Assembly (NCBI GenBank): GCA_016748015.1
Contig: JAAOMT010000294.1
Location: 288,541 to 352,540, forward strand
Length of the DNA: 64,000 nt
Direction of reading: 5' to 3'
DNA from: Geosiphon pyriformis uo1
Taxonomy: Eukaryota > Fungi > Glomeromycota
The notes under the pieces are model-generated. The model was not told the DNA's origin and did no database searches. It was given only the letters and a program-made list of their open reading frames with translations. A program made the position numbers and the translations under genes. Positions 14,110 to 28,192 of this stretch are shown piece after piece (within the stretch, counting starts at the first letter, position 1; every line of letters begins with the position of its first letter).

Positions 14110-14990
14110 TGTTATAGGTGATTATTTCTGGTGTGGGAATAAATAACAAATCCATAACTTGGTGCTCAGAAGCTATTGATTCTTGTTGATGTTGGTATTG
14201 ATAATCTGAAGGTTTTGATTGAGTTCTTTGTATAATGGACAGAAATTTGATTGTAATTGCAATAGTCTTTGGAATCGCAATTCTGTTCAATTTCTTTCTC
14301 AGCATAGAGACTGAATTTATTCTGACAGTTGTGCCCTTCTGGTAAGCTATCAGATAATATATAAAATTCTACCCTTATTTCTGGGTCTTTTATCAGGCTA
14401 TCTGTGACATCAATAACTCAGTACTTTTAATCCTTAATCAATTAGTATACAACAACAAAACAAAGACAGAAAAGAAAGAAAAGAAAAAGAAAGTAAAATG
14501 AAATAAAGCAAATAAGCCAAGGTGATTCTGATTCGTATTCCATCAATAGCTGTGATCAAGAGCTATTGTTCCAGTATGGTTAAGTATGCACTACTATCAA
14601 CATGAAATGTTGATAGTTGAGAATGAATTTGAGATAGTAAATAATTATTTATTTAATATTTGTGATATAGAAGGTTGCTTAGATTAAATCTAAACTGGAT
14701 GTCTCCTTTTTTGCTTCTACTACTATCCCTATATATACATAATTAAGATTCTTCAATTCCTTAATTCTTTACAATAGGAATTCTGGGATTCCTGGAATTC
14801 TGCAATTCCTAATGAGAGGAATCCTAGAATTCTAGAATCCTGCGATTCCTCAATGGAGAATCCTAAAATTCCTGGAATCTTGCAATTCCTCTGAAAGGAA
14901 TCTTGGAATTCCACATTTACTATGTTTACATCTGATTGGCTAATATCTACTGACTAATAATACTATATTCCCTATATTCTATAAGTAACA
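14110..14990 (-). repeat. A 3' LTR (881 bp)
   Basis: tgttatagg...agtaaca; homologous to 24237-24833 and related to the D LTRs. Confidence 0.9.
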
Positions 14991-15003
14991 TTATTTCCTT
15001 CTT

Positions 15004-16635
15004 TTAATATTGAGCTCCGTCAAAATCTAATTCCTTTAATTCCTTTTCTTGAATTATTTCTTGAACTTTTTTTTCGAGTATTACTTGTGTTATTTTAGTT
15101 TATAGTTCTTCAAATTGGGCGTTGGTCATTTTTCCCAATTGATTACTTATAACTGTATCCATTACTATGTTGAGTAAGATTTCTGGTTGGTCTTGAAATC
15201 CCATATATAGCCAGTAAATGGCTCAAGCTTGTGTAGTTAGATTGTTCTTCCCCACAAATTGTTTCAGTTGTCTTAGTATTGTTGTGTCGAATAACCATTT
15301 TGTTGGTGTACAAATTCTGGATATTCACGTGTTGTTTCAAGTGGAAATAACAATAGTTTTTTGGAAATTGTTGCATTGTTACTAGAGGTTTTTGGTCTCT
15401 TTTCTTAAATGTCATTGATGCCTGTTTGTTGTGAATTCATGTTGTTTGGATGTGGTTAAATCTCCAGTAACTGAATTTATCTTCAAATTATCTCCTATAA
15501 TTTGAACTGCTGGGCTTATAGTGGAATGGCCAATTCCATGCCAGTTGCTTTGTGTAGTTATGTTGTAGTAAATATCAACTCTTTCCCAGGAATTGTTCAT
15601 CTGGAAGCTCACTAAAAATGTGTAGTTACTTTGCTGTTAAAGTCAACTCTTTTACAGAAATCTCATCTGTAAACTACCCTAATGATTATAATAAGAAAAT
15701 AAAAGAAAGAAAATAAAAGAATTGTAAAAGAAATAGAATTCTGTCAAGGGAAACATTTTCTATCCAGACCTGGAGTCACTAACAGTTTTACTAAAATTGG
15801 TAGTTAATTAATTTCAAACGTTAGTTGGATTTTGGGAATTTTTCAAGTGCAATAATTAAAGAATTTGGTTTTTTCGAATTATTTGATATTTATTTCTTTT
15901 TGTGTATGTAGAAATGGTTCTAAGTAATAAATCTAAGATAAGATACATTTTCTCAAAAAAAGAAGCTCTTTTTTTATACAACTTGTCATAACACTATTCT
16001 ATGAATTTGAACTTTGCTATTTTCTACAATTTTGCTAAACTAAAGCTATATTTTGGTAAACTACAAGTTATTTCTGTGAACTATTAGATATTTCAGTGAA
16101 CTATCAATAATTTTGGGGAATTTCTACAAATTTCAGTGAACTTTTTGAATGTTACATAGTTCGGAGTATTGTATAATTGATTATTGCAATTAGGTTATAT
16201 TTGTGTTATGTACAAATTGAGTTATTAATTAAATGATAATTTCGGATATTTTGCTAATGTAATAAGTGATAATTTGAAATGCTAATTAATGATAAGAATT
16301 ATAAAGATAATTTCATGCTAAGCAATATCTCTAATTTTGTCTGGTAACAGTGTCCACCAAGTCCAAGTTTCTCTGGTAAGTTCTTAATGTAATCTGACTA
16401 TTTGTTGTTCTTTTATGATCAATTTTATCTTGGTCATGATCTTGTCAACAACACTTTCAAGTCTTTTCTGTGCTTTGTTTTGTGGTAGTTTTGCTGTATT
16501 TTTGTAACGAATGGTTTGTTAATTGATTGTAATTTCTATTTTCTGGTGTTGGATTAATTGAAAAATTTGTTGGGCTAATGAATGGATATTGTTCATAATT
16601 TCCATTTTTCTGATTTCTTCTGTCACATCGACCAT
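15004..16635 (-). pseudogene. A ORF3 (uncharacterised), interrupted by a solo LTR
   Basis: MVDVTEEIRKMEIMNNIHSLAQQ...DFDGAQY*; collinear with D 44909-45568. Confidence 0.75.
15377..16349 (-). mobile_element. Solo LTR of family B
   Basis: Reverse complement of 38447-39431; flanks gcat and gtgt; the uninterrupted site is visible in D at ~45190. Confidence 0.9.
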
Positions 16636-16658
16636 GTTCTTATATATTCTTTTGTCGA

Positions 16659-19600
16659 TTAATTAGACATGTTGTTGTCAATGATAATGATTGGTTCCAG
16701 ATCTCGTGGAATCTTATCTAGTTGGACTAGTATTCTCTGTACTCCTAATTGTGGAATCTTACTGGTAAATGATAATGCTATCTGGTGGTATGGTTTCAGT
16801 CAGTCTCCATGTGCTGCTTTGGTCAAGATTTTGTTATTCAATCTTAATTTATAAGCTCCATTTCCTAGAATTTCTTCTATGTAAAATAGTTCATCCCATT
16901 TGGGGTCAAATTTTCCATTCCATTGTTTTTCCGCTTTGGTGTGATGTAAAAGTACTTTGTCTCCAATCCTGAATTCTATTGGTTTGTCTGGTAGTTGGCT
17001 ATCATGTTGTTTTTTCTGTTTTCTTTGTGACTTTTGTATGTTTTCAGCTGTTTTTCTTCTTTTGTTTTCCAGAGTTTCCATTAAGTCATATGTTCTTCTC
17101 AACAATGTTTCTTGGAAATTCTCTTCTGTTATTGGTTCTGTTGGATACGTGTTAACTTTTATTTCGACTAGTAATATTGCTGTTCTACCATATACCAATT
17201 CAAATGGTGTTGTTTGTGTAGTATCTTGCTTTATTGTCCGATAAGCAAATAATACTGATGGTATTAGTAAATTTCAATTATTTTGATTTTCTTGGCTGAG
17301 CTTGGTTATCACTTCACACAATGTTCTGTTAAATCTTTTGACTAATCCATTAGTTTGTAGATGGTATGATGATGATAGTGGTCTCTTAATTCCGAATCTT
17401 TGGCTTAATTCTGCTAATGTTCTGTTCACAAAATGAGTTCTTTGGTCTGATAGTAATTCTTTTGGACATCCATGTTGACAAATCAGATCTTGGTAGACAA
17501 ATTTGGCAACAGATTCTGCATCCGCTTTTTGAATTGCTTTTGCTTCTGGCCATTTGATAAGATAGTTTATGGCTACTGCTATGTATCTGTTTCCTCTGCT
17601 GGTGATTGTCAATGGTCTGACTAAGTCAATTCCAATCCAATTAAATAATTGTTCCACTTTAATTGGTTTTAATGATTTGTTGGGTTTTGTTCCTTCTCTT
17701 TTTTGACAAGCATCACAATTTTGAACATATTGGATGATGTCTGGATACATTGATGGCCAATAGTATCTTTTCCTGGCTCTTTCCATTGTGGCTTCTTTAT
17801 AAAAATGTCTGCTGTGGAATCTGAGTGCATGTTGTATAATATTGTCTCTTTTTCTGGCTCGGTGATAACTCTAAGTAGTTAATTGGGCTCTTTTCTGTTT
17901 TTCCAATAAAATATATTCTGGTAAGTGATAAAATATTTTGATTGTTGTTTTATCTGGTTTTGTTCCTTTTGAGATAATTTCTCCTTGAACAATTGGGTAT
18001 TAATATAGTATTGGAGTTGTTTATATTTTTGCATGGTCATTTTTTGTTGTATTTTTCAGTTGATTGTTCTGGTTTTGTTATATTTTTGGGTTGAAATGTT
18101 CTTAGATCTGCTTCATTTGCGACAGTTTATCTGCATTTCTATTGTCTTTTCCTTTTTTGTAATGTACTGTATAATTAAATGATAATAATTCAATTTTTTA
18201 TCTTGTGTGACATCTATTCCCAAATTCTTGTTTCTGGATTAATGTCAATCCTTTGTGATCAGTATAAACATCAAATTTTTGGTTCAAGTATTTTTTCTAT
18301 TTGGTTACTGCCCAATATATAGCCAAATGTTCTAGTGCTGGCATTCCATAGTTTCTTTCTGCTGGAGTTAAACCTCTGCTTGTATATGCTACTGGATGTT
18401 CTCTTCCATCCGAACCTCTTTGTGATAATACTGCTTCTAATGCCTGACCTGATGCATCTGTGGTGATCATAAATGGCTTGTTGTGGTCGAGGTATATCAG
18501 TACTGGAGCTTGGATTAGTTTTTTTCTTAGTATATCAAATGCTTTTTGTTGAGATTCAGTCCACTTATACTTAGTGTTCTTTGTCAAAAGCTGATTTAAT
18601 GGCTGGGCTATTTTGGAAAAGTTTTGAATAAAGCGTCAGTAATATTCGGCAAACTCTAAGAATGCTCTTAATTTTGTGAGATTCTTTGGTTTCAGAAAGT
18701 TTTTGACTGTCTCAATTTTTCCTAGGTCTGTTTTGATGCCATTTTTGCTTACCACGTGTCCCAAAAACTGAAGTTCTGTTTTTTCAAAGAAACATTTGTT
18801 GGTATTTAGCTTCAATCCAGCTCTTCTTAGTCTTTCAAACACTTGTTGTAAATAGTGAAGATGATCATCGAATGTTTCTAAGAACACGTTGGTATCATCC
18901 AAGTATACTATAACTGACTTCCATAGCAAGTCTTGATATACAATTTCTATTAGCAGTTGAAATGTGGCTGGTGTATTCATTAAGCCAAATGACATGACTT
19001 CAAACTCAAAATTCCCTTTTCTGGTGGTAAAAGTGGTTTTTTTTTTGTCATCTGGGTTCATGGCTACTTACTAATAACCACTGTTTAAGTCTAATGTTGA
19101 GAACCATTTCTTCTCTCCAAAAGCATCAAACAATTCTTGAATTCTGGGAGTTGGATAGCTGTTGCTATGAGTAACACCATTGAGTTTTCTGTAGTCCACA
19201 CAAAAGCGAATCTTTCCATTCTTTTTTCGGATGAGTACTACTGGTGATGACCATGGGCTCATTGATGACTAAATTAGCCCATTGTTAAGCATCTGATTTA
19301 TTTCTTGACAAATGATCTCATGGCTGGCTGGTGGCACTCTGTATGCTCTTTGTTTAATTGGCATTGCATCTCCAGTTTTGATTTAATGTTAGATAATGTC
19401 AGTTCTGCCAAATTCATTTTTACTTGCAAAGATGTTATTGAAATTGTTAAGTAATATCTTGAGCTGCATATGTTGGAGTGGGTCTAAGTTATCCATGTTT
19501 ATTTGTTCCAATTGTTCTGGTTGGAGCAAGTAATATTTGTTTTGTCCATAAATTGCCTGTGATGTAATATCGATGTACTTACAAAGTTGTTAAAAATTTG

Positions 19601-22155
19601 AAATGTAGTGTGGTGGCTGGTTTTCTACTTCTGTGCTTAAATGTCCAATTGTGGTTTCTTCTAGAACTTTGATGATGTCTTTAGTGTTATTGTAGATGGG
19701 AATTTTCATGTGGCTATGATTCTTGGCTGGCATATAGAGATTGATGAGTCCAATTTTTTCTGATTCACAAAGCATCAGTTCTGCTTCAAAAATCTGATCC
19801 TGATTCTTCACTTTCCACTCTATAACTACCATGTGCTAACCATATGGTGAAATGAAAATTGGTTGACTGATGGAGATAATTTCTCCTTTGCCAACAATTT
19901 TTTCTTCTGTCATATTGACTGGCACATCTATTCTACCTGTGGATCCAAATCCCTGTATCCCTCTTGCTGTCATCCCTAATTTTTCTCTTGTTCCCACTGA
20001 CACTAATCTAGCTACTTTAACTAGAGGTAAGAATATTGCCTATGCTATCTTTTTATTTGGCTCAATGGTATAAGCCTTTTCTAAGTCATTTTGTAGCATG
20101 GTACTGATATTTCCTGTATATCCTGCATCCACTATTCCCCCTTTAATATTAATCTCTTTTTTCGCTAAACTACTTCTTGATGCTAACAGAACCATGGTTG
20201 TTGCTGGAATCTCTAAAGCTATTTTCAGATCAATGCATACTTGCACATCTGGCGCCAATTTGATGGCATCTTTTCCTGGATATCTTAGATCAAACTCTGC
20301 ATCAGTATCATGCACACATTCTGGCATAATACTTTCTCTATTGTCACTATACCATTTCAACTCTTGTTCCTTGGAGAAATCTGGTAATGCAATGTATTGT
20401 TCGTAGTTTAACTCGGAGTTTGAATCTGAGTTTGAATTGTTTTTGTTGTTATTGCTATTTTGAACAGAGCTGGAACCAGTGTTTTCATCATTGTCATTGG
20501 AGTCTGAATCACGATTGATCAGTGATTTTGATTCCGATGTGCAGCTGCTGATTGGTTTTTTTTCCTCTAGAATTGTGTAGATCATGCGTGGTGGTAGATT
20601 GTAGATAAAGTTACACTTATCACAATACTGGAAGTTACATGGGATCAAACAGTAATCACATAGTTGGGTGTTTATCTCTTCCAAGCATTGCTCCTGTTCC
20701 TTTCTCATAAGTGCTAATCGTTGGTAGTGCTTATAGAATTCCTCTGGATCGTCTTTGATGTTGCCGAAGGCATCAAAAGTTTGGACATATTTGGACTCAG
20801 GTAGGGATAGTGGGTTGTTTTTAATTTCTTTCAGCTTCTCTGTTGTAGCACCTTCTAACATAGCATATGTCATTCTCCAGATTTCATCTTCATCGTGTTG
20901 GTATCCTTCCAGGCGTCATCGATGGGAGTTCTCTTTCATACCTAGTCGTTGATTAAGATTGTGTATTGACATGTCTCATCGCATGCTCCTCCTCTTCCAG
21001 GAATGTCTTTTCATATCCCTTCATCTAAGAGAGTATCTTCACAAGCTAAACACAAAGTACTGTCCCATTTTCCTATTTTTGGCAGCCATCCATTGTGTTC
21101 AAGGATGCATGGGCAACAGTAGTACTCGGTTGCTGTCATCCATTCTTCATTCTTATTACAGCATGTGCTCATTGTTGACAGTTTCTTGCCACAACTAACA
21201 CATACTTGGGTTGACAGTATCTTGTTTGCTGCAGCGTAGAGTATGGAGTATGGACTGAATTGATGCTTGGTGGTTGGTCATCTTTCTTTTTTTTTTCTTT
21301 TCCCTTTTCTTTCCAGGTCTACTCGGTGGTTGGTTTGCTTAAGTTGTCTTTGCTCCATGCTTTTAGGTTTGGCTTCCAGATAAGTTTTTTTTCTTTCTTT
21401 TTTCCTTTGTCATCCCATGATAGTATGGGTAGTAGTTCATTGTGGTTGGCATCGGCCCAGGAGATTTGGTAAGCTTTCCAGGTAGGTTTCTTTTTCTCCT
21501 CCTTCAGTTCAATTAATAGTTTCTCTCTTGGAGGAGCCTTGAAGTGGTCACACGTGGCTGGTACCTATATGTGTTGGCCCTGATATATTAGCTAGAGTTC
21601 TTGGGTGTTCCAGTCTAATGTCACATTGACTTTGGATAGCCAGTCATTACCAACTAGAGCTTGGTATTGCATGGCTTCCATCACTAAAACTTTAATGGAA
21701 GTTATAATGTCATTGACTTTAAATGAGAAGTTATTGATTTCACTGATTGGAGTTTTGGTCGCTCTATTAGTGATAATAATTTTGGCGCTGGCAGCTTGGT
21801 CAACTCAGTGACCTAATTGGTCCATGAGTTGCCTGGTGATAATGCTGCCTGCTAACCCACTGTTAAGGATTAGTTTGATGAACTGTCCATTGACTTTGGC
21901 ATCAGTGTACATCGTGGTAATTGGTTTGGCTTCAAGAGCAGTTCCACTAAATAGCGGCATTATTGTTGTTTCTTCGAATTCGAATGGGAAGATAGCAGCC
22001 AAGAACTCATCTTCAGTGATAGTAGCAGATGGGATATTACTGATGAGTAGTTGTTTTTGGGCAGATTCTGGATTATTGGCTGAGACGTCTTCTGGGGTGA
22101 CCAGAAGACTTAAATAGTTCTGGAAATTCGGGTTCTGGGGTTGACCAGTACCCAA
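16659..22155 (-). pseudogene. pol: A pol: aspartic protease, Cys-rich module, dUTPase, RT, RNase H, integrase (many stops and frameshifts)
   Basis: ORF fragments 21805..22155, 20040..20873 (dUTPase HDTDAEFDL, SRSSLA, GIVDAGYTG), 19071..19262, 18636..19061, 18297..18587, 17274..17786, 16800..17198. Confidence 0.9.
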
Positions 22156-22159
22156 ATTC

Positions 22160-24200
22160 CACTAGCGTAATCCAGATGGTTGCTGTGAAAAACTAGGAAT
22201 TGGTTGATGGACTACTATCACTGATTTTCAGCTCTGTTGAGTCATTCTTGGTCTTTAGATTCTATTGGATAGTAAGCTTTGAGGTGGTGTTTGAATTTGT
22301 AGGAGTTGATAGATTATTTGTGACTGTGGTTGTTGATAAATTACTTGTGGCTGCAGTTGATAAATTGGAGCTTGATATACTGAAGGCTGATAAATTGATT
22401 GCTGCGTCATTGGTGCATAATGAGGTAAGTGTTGATATTGTTCCTGATTTTGTTGGCAATCGGGGCTTTAATATTGATTTTCTGACCATTGGTTATTTAA
22501 ATACTGATAGCAATCAACTTGTATGTGTCCTTGTCTACCACAATAGTAGCAAATACACATTTCTTGTTGCCACTGTCGATTGGCTGAAGATGATAGATGT
22601 GGCTGATTTTGAATGCAATTGGAGTTTCTCTAATTGTTATGTCATTGTGATGGTTGATAGATTGCTCGATTGTCAACTAAGTATTCCTTTAATTTTTGAT
22701 TGATGGAATTACTGAATTGTTTTAATTTAGAATCCAATTCAGATGATCTGTTCATTGCTAAGTTTACAGCTTGGGTGTGGTTGGCTTCAAGTTCAGCTGA
22801 TTCAAAATCTTGGGCATGTGTGACTGCTGCTTGAAGGTTGGCTGGATGTAATAGATGTATGCGTTACAAGATGTTGCTGCATAAGCCACAAATAAACTGG
22901 TTCAGGATTTGTAGTACTGTGAAGTAGTTAACATCTATGGCTTGAATTTGGCACAGATTGTGATAGAAGCATTCCAAGTAAGTAGTGATTGCTTTTGTTT
23001 CTCCTTGTCTAATGCTGGTAAAAGTGTTGGCTAGATGATTGATACTGTTATTATTATTAAAGTACTGGAGAAATTTCTGTTTAAATGCAGCAAAATCTTG
23101 GGGCTTGTTGATCAAGCTTTGGTACTATAAGTTAGCAGTGTCCTGGAGAAAATATGGAATGGCCTGTAGAGCACATGCATCATTCCATCTGTTGGCTACA
23201 ATGGCTTTCTCGATGTCGTTAAGCCATACTTGAGCATCATCTTCCTCACCAGTGAACTTCTCGATTTTGGTGATGGCTGCATAGGCCATTTGTTGAACTG
23301 GTTGAATTGGTTGCTGAGGTGGTACTTGAGGTGATTGAATTGGCTCACTAATCAGCTTAATTGGTGGTTGATTGATGACAATAACTGAAAATAAGTTTTG
23401 CTGATGAATTAAATTGGGGTTTTGATTTGATGGGGTTTGAATATTCAGAGTTTCGATTTCCAGATTTTGTAAGATTGAGTTTTGATAATTAAATTCTTGA
23501 TTTTTGTCTTCTTTTTCTTCTGATTTGGTCACTTCCCAGGGACTAGTAGTTCCGAAATCTGGCTGATGAGGTGGTGATTGAAATCCTGATGGTGTTGGCA
23601 ATTGTGATTTAAATCCTTCGAAATAATCTCTGTATGTTCCTAATAGGTCAACTTTTGCTTGTTTACTCTAGAATGAGAATTGTTCAAATGTTGATGTTGT
23701 GTTTAATGTGGACGTGCCTGCTGATGTAATATTGATAGTGCTTCTGAGTGTGTAATGATATAATGGATATAGTGGGGATTCAATTCTTTGTTTCTTCCAG
23801 GTTGGTAGTTGTATCTCTTTAGGCATTACTGCTGGTGTTTGTAACTTTCCTTTGCCTTTATCTGTGTAGGTAATAAAAAATTGTTGTTGAGTGTACCTTT
23901 CAATAGCTTGGTTGATTTCTCTGATTATTGGTGTAAAACTATAGTTCCTTGGTAAGTTGGTGTGTTGGAATAGTTTTGTGTAAAAGTTTTCTCTTGCTGC
24001 TTCAATATTAATGGTTCCTCCTAAGCATTCAGTGATTTTGTTGTTGACATAGAAGTTGAAGACTGATTTGGCTGGGTAATGATTACTGTTTAATCCTAAT
24101 TGTTGGCTGTATTGTTGAAACAAGAATTTTGCAAATCCTAAATGTTTTGTTCCTATATTTTCTGATTCTGCCACTTTTGGTTTGTTCTTGTTGATGCTAG
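22160..24200 (-). pseudogene. gag: A gag (N-terminal helical domain, capsid, CCHC knuckle)
   Basis: KIEKFTGEEDDAQVWL capsid motif; CYYCGRQGHIQVDC at ~22510-22555. Confidence 0.85.
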
Positions 24201-24218
24201 TTCTCTGTAGGATTATAT

Positions 24219-24234
24219 CTCACAGAAAGCACCA
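24219..24234 (-). promoter_or_regulatory. Primer-binding site of A
   Basis: tggtgctttctgtgag begins 2 nt after the 5' LTR. Confidence 0.8.
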
Positions 24235-24236
24235 AA

Positions 24237-24833
24237 TGTTACAGATGATTATTTCTGGTGTGGGAATAAATAACAAACTCATAACTTGGTGCTCAGAAGC
24301 TATTGATTCTTGTTGATGTTGGTATTGGTAATTTGAAGGTTTTGATATCTGAAGGTTTTGGTTGAGTTCTTTGTATAATGGACAGAGATTCGATTGTAAT
24401 TGCAATAGTCTTTGGAATCGCAATTCCGTCCAATTTCTTTCTCAGTGTGGAGGCCAGATTTATTTTGGCAGTCGTGCCCTTCTGGTAAGCTATTGGATAA
24501 TATATAAAATTCTACCCTTATTTCTGGGTCTTTTACCAGACTATTCATGACATCAATAACTTAGTGCTTTTAATTTTTAATCAATTAGTATACAACAACA
24601 AAACAAAGACAGAAAAAAAAGAAAAGAAAAAGAAAGTAAAATGAAATAAAGCAAATAAGCCAAGACAATTCTAATTCGTATCCTGCGATTCCTCAATGAA
24701 GAATCCTGAAATTCCTGGAATCCTGCAATTCCTCTGAGAGGAATCTTAGAATTCCACATTTACTACGTCTACATCTGATTGGCTAATATCTACTGACTAA
24801 TAATACTATATTTCCTATATTCTATGAGTAACA
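24237..24833 (-). repeat. A 5' LTR (597 bp, internally deleted)
   Basis: Lacks the segment equivalent to ~14538-14837; has a short gaaggttttg duplication. Confidence 0.9.
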
Positions 24834-27800
24834 ACATCAATAGTATCAGCATTGAAACTGATATGAAAGTATCTGAAGCAAAAGAGTATACCATAATTGT
24901 TGGCAACAAGTGGCTTAAGAAAGCTAAAGTGCTACTTGATTATAAACTTTGTAAGCTAATTATTAGATATGGTGAAAAACCTATTGTAGTTAAATGTCAC
25001 TATTGAACAACTTCTCTAGTACCCAAGCAAAACCAAGAAGAAAAACAATCAAATGAATCAGCTAATGATGAGAGTGATGAAGAAAAAGATCAAGAAGAAC
25101 AAGAAGAAACTGCTGAATTTATCTATATTATCTTTACCAGTAATGACAAGTTACTAGACAATGTTAAAGCTGACAAAGAAAAAATCATGGTAAATGGCAA
25201 GCTGATCTGCTGGCCCTACTATGATATCCTCAGAAAAATCATTAATAGAAAATCTGGCAAAAAAGCAAAATACAGTTATTGGTAGTATGGCCTTTATGCC
25301 AGGTACTGGTGTGATAAACTCTTGTATTCTCCTAGTAATGAATACAAATCCTGTCTAATCTATTACAAAGATTGAGAGCCAATTAATTTAATACTCAGAG
25401 AAGAACTAAAAAAAGTACAGAAGTCTTTTGAGAATAAACCATCTGAAATTCAATCACTAGTTACAAAACAAAGAGAACCTTTCTCTGAAAAAAAAAAGTA
25501 GACATTGAAAATCTGTTGACTAAAAATAGCCCAGTTATCTCAAAAGAAAGTAATACCCCTGGACAAACTCATGTGATACAACACACTATCACCACAAAAG
25601 AAACTCATCCCATCTATTTGAAGTCTTATCAATCCAATCAATGCAATGATAAGTTTATCAAGAAAGAGATAAACTGGATGAAAAATCTTGGATTCATACA
25701 AAAAACCAAGAATAAATAGGCTTTCTTAGTTGTAGTAATATCTAAGAAAGGTGGAATCCTACACTTCTGTGTTGACTACTACCAATTAAATGTCATTACT
25801 GTAAGAGACATATACCCACTCCTCAACATTGATACAATGCTAGATAAATTTAATAGTGCTGCTTTCTTCTTAACTATTAATTTAACTGCTGAATTTTGGC
25901 AAGTAGAGATGGATCCAGAAAGCAGAAAGAAAACTGCTTTTATTACCAAGTATGGCACCTATGAATTCACAGTTATGCTTTTTGGTCTTATCAATGCTTC
26001 TTTTATCTTTCAACACTTAATGGATAAAGTATTTGAATCAGTAAAAAAAAACTTTGTTCTGGTCTACTTAGATGACATAATGATCTACTCAAAAACCTGA
26101 GATGAACATCTTAAACATTTGTAAAAGATTTTTGACCTGCTCAAAAATGCTGGCCTTAAAATCAACTCAATCAAATCTTTCTTTGGATAACAATCCACCC
26201 AGTTTCTTGGTTATTTTATTACAAAAGATGGAATCTTCCCTAACCCACATAAAGTTGAAAAAGTTCAGAACATTAAACAACTAATGAATGTTTCTAAACT
26301 ATGCTCTTTTCTTGGTTTGGCCTTTTACTATCACAAATTTATTAAAAATTTCTCCAAAATTGTCTTTTCTTTTAATCAACTACTCATGAAAAATGTCAAT
26401 TATTACTGGGGCACTCATCAACAAAAAGCTTTTGAAATTTTAAAGAAAAAACTTGTTACTGAACCAATTCTTAAGCAATCTAATCTGGACCAACCTTTTA
26501 TCCTCCACACTGATACATTTGGCTATAGACTTGGTGTTGTCTTTTCACAGAAAGATGAAAATGGCAGAGAATATGTCATAGCATATGCCAGTAGATCCCT
26601 TATACCAGCAGAAAAGAACTATTCAGTTACTGAACAAGAATATTTAGCAGTAGTTTGGGCTACTAGTTACTGGGATCAATATCTTCTTGGTGCAAAATTC
26701 TTAGTGGTAACAGATCATTAAGCCTTGGTTTGGCTGCACAATAAAAAAAAGCTGGAACACAAATGAATAACTTGCTGAATATTCCACTTAGATAAATTCA
26801 ACTATGATATTCAATACTGCAAAGAAGCAAATCATCAAAATGCTGACACTCTTTCTAGACTTACCATCCAGTAATAGTACAACCTCTCAAACCAAACCAA
26901 CTTAATTATTAGTAAATTTTTCACAAACAAACATGATAATAGACTTGGACAACTATTCTGCCTTAATAGAATTTTTGGGTAAAGAACAATACCCACCAAA
27001 ATACACTTGACAGCAAAGAGAACATTTGCACAAACAATCAAATTTCTATTTGATTTGCCAGAACCAACTATATAAAAAAAATAGAAAAGATCTTGACTGC
27101 TCTTAGAAAGTCATCAAATTTGAAAAAAGAGAAATTGTAATATACAATATGTATACTAACCCATTAGCTAGACACTTTGAAAAAACAAAGACAATTCAAA
27201 AAACTTTAGCTCACTATTATTGGCCTACCTTGAAAAAGAACATTGTTGAATACATCAAAATCTGTAACATCTGCCAAAAAAAAGGCAAACCCAAGTGCAA
27301 AAAAAATATTTATTCAATCTCTGTTGGTCAACTATTTGACAGAATTGATATAGATGTTGTTGGACTTTTAACAATAACTCTTGATGGCAACAGATATATT
27401 ATCACAGCTACCAACTATCTTACAAAATAGGTAGAAGCAAGAGCCACTTCAGACCAAATAGCAGTCTCAATAGCTAATTTTATTTATGAAAATATTATCT
27501 GCTGTCATGGCTGCTCCAAAGAACTATTATCTGATAAAAAAAGAGCTTTTCTCAGTACACTGGTTAAAGAACTTTGTAGAAAAATGGGAATACGTCATAA
27601 ACTTTTCTCCTCTTATTACCCCTAAACAAATGGCCTAGTGAAATGTTTCAATAGAACACTATGTGAAACCCTAGCCAAAACCAGTGAAGAAACAAACTTA
27701 TGAAACAAAGTACTGCCTTCAGTTTTGTTTGCTTATAGAACTGTGAATTATGACATAACAAGTTATAAACCTTTTTATCTGCTCTATAGATACATGACAA

Positions 27801-28192
27801 CACTACCAATAAAAACTAATATTAAGACAATACCCTTTGAAGAGATTACAATAGAAAATTACAAAAACATTTTGCAAAGAAGACTTGGTACTATTCTTGA
27901 CTTCTTGGTAGAAGCACAAATAATTGCTTTTGAAAAGATAAAACAGTTCCAAGAAAGACTTAAGAAAAAGAAAACCTATAAAACACTTTCTTTAAGTGTT
28001 AGTAACTTAGTATTAGAATACTGTTCAGACAGAGACAATATTTATGGTGATAAATTCTCTAGCCAGTGGAAAGAACCCTTTATAGTCAACAAAGTTTTGA
28101 ACAATAGTTCTTATATTCTTTAAGATTAATTTGGAACAATCTTCAATGATCATTCTGTTCATAGTACATAACTCAAAAAATATTATAAACGA
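24834..28192 (+). pseudogene. pol: C pol fragment
   Basis: ORF fragments 24824..25006, 25516..25719, 25837..26100, 26284..26721, 27149..27430, 27725..28123. Confidence 0.85.

Larger units (their letters stand above)
14110..24833 (-). mobile_element. Ty3/Gypsy LTR retrotransposon A (gag, PR, Cys-rich, dUTPase, RT, RNase H, IN, ORF3), defective
   Basis: LTRs 14110-14990 and 24237-24833 with TG..CA ends; PBS 24219-24234; PPT 14991-15005; RT VYLDD; RH TDASG; IN GIDLV and WPEAKAI; Gypsy domain order. Confidence 0.95.

Noticed and set aside
19870-22703. Plus-strand ORFs antisense to A gag/pol (e.g. 22200..22703, 20098..20406)
   Set aside because: Shadow frames of the coding strand with no independent signal
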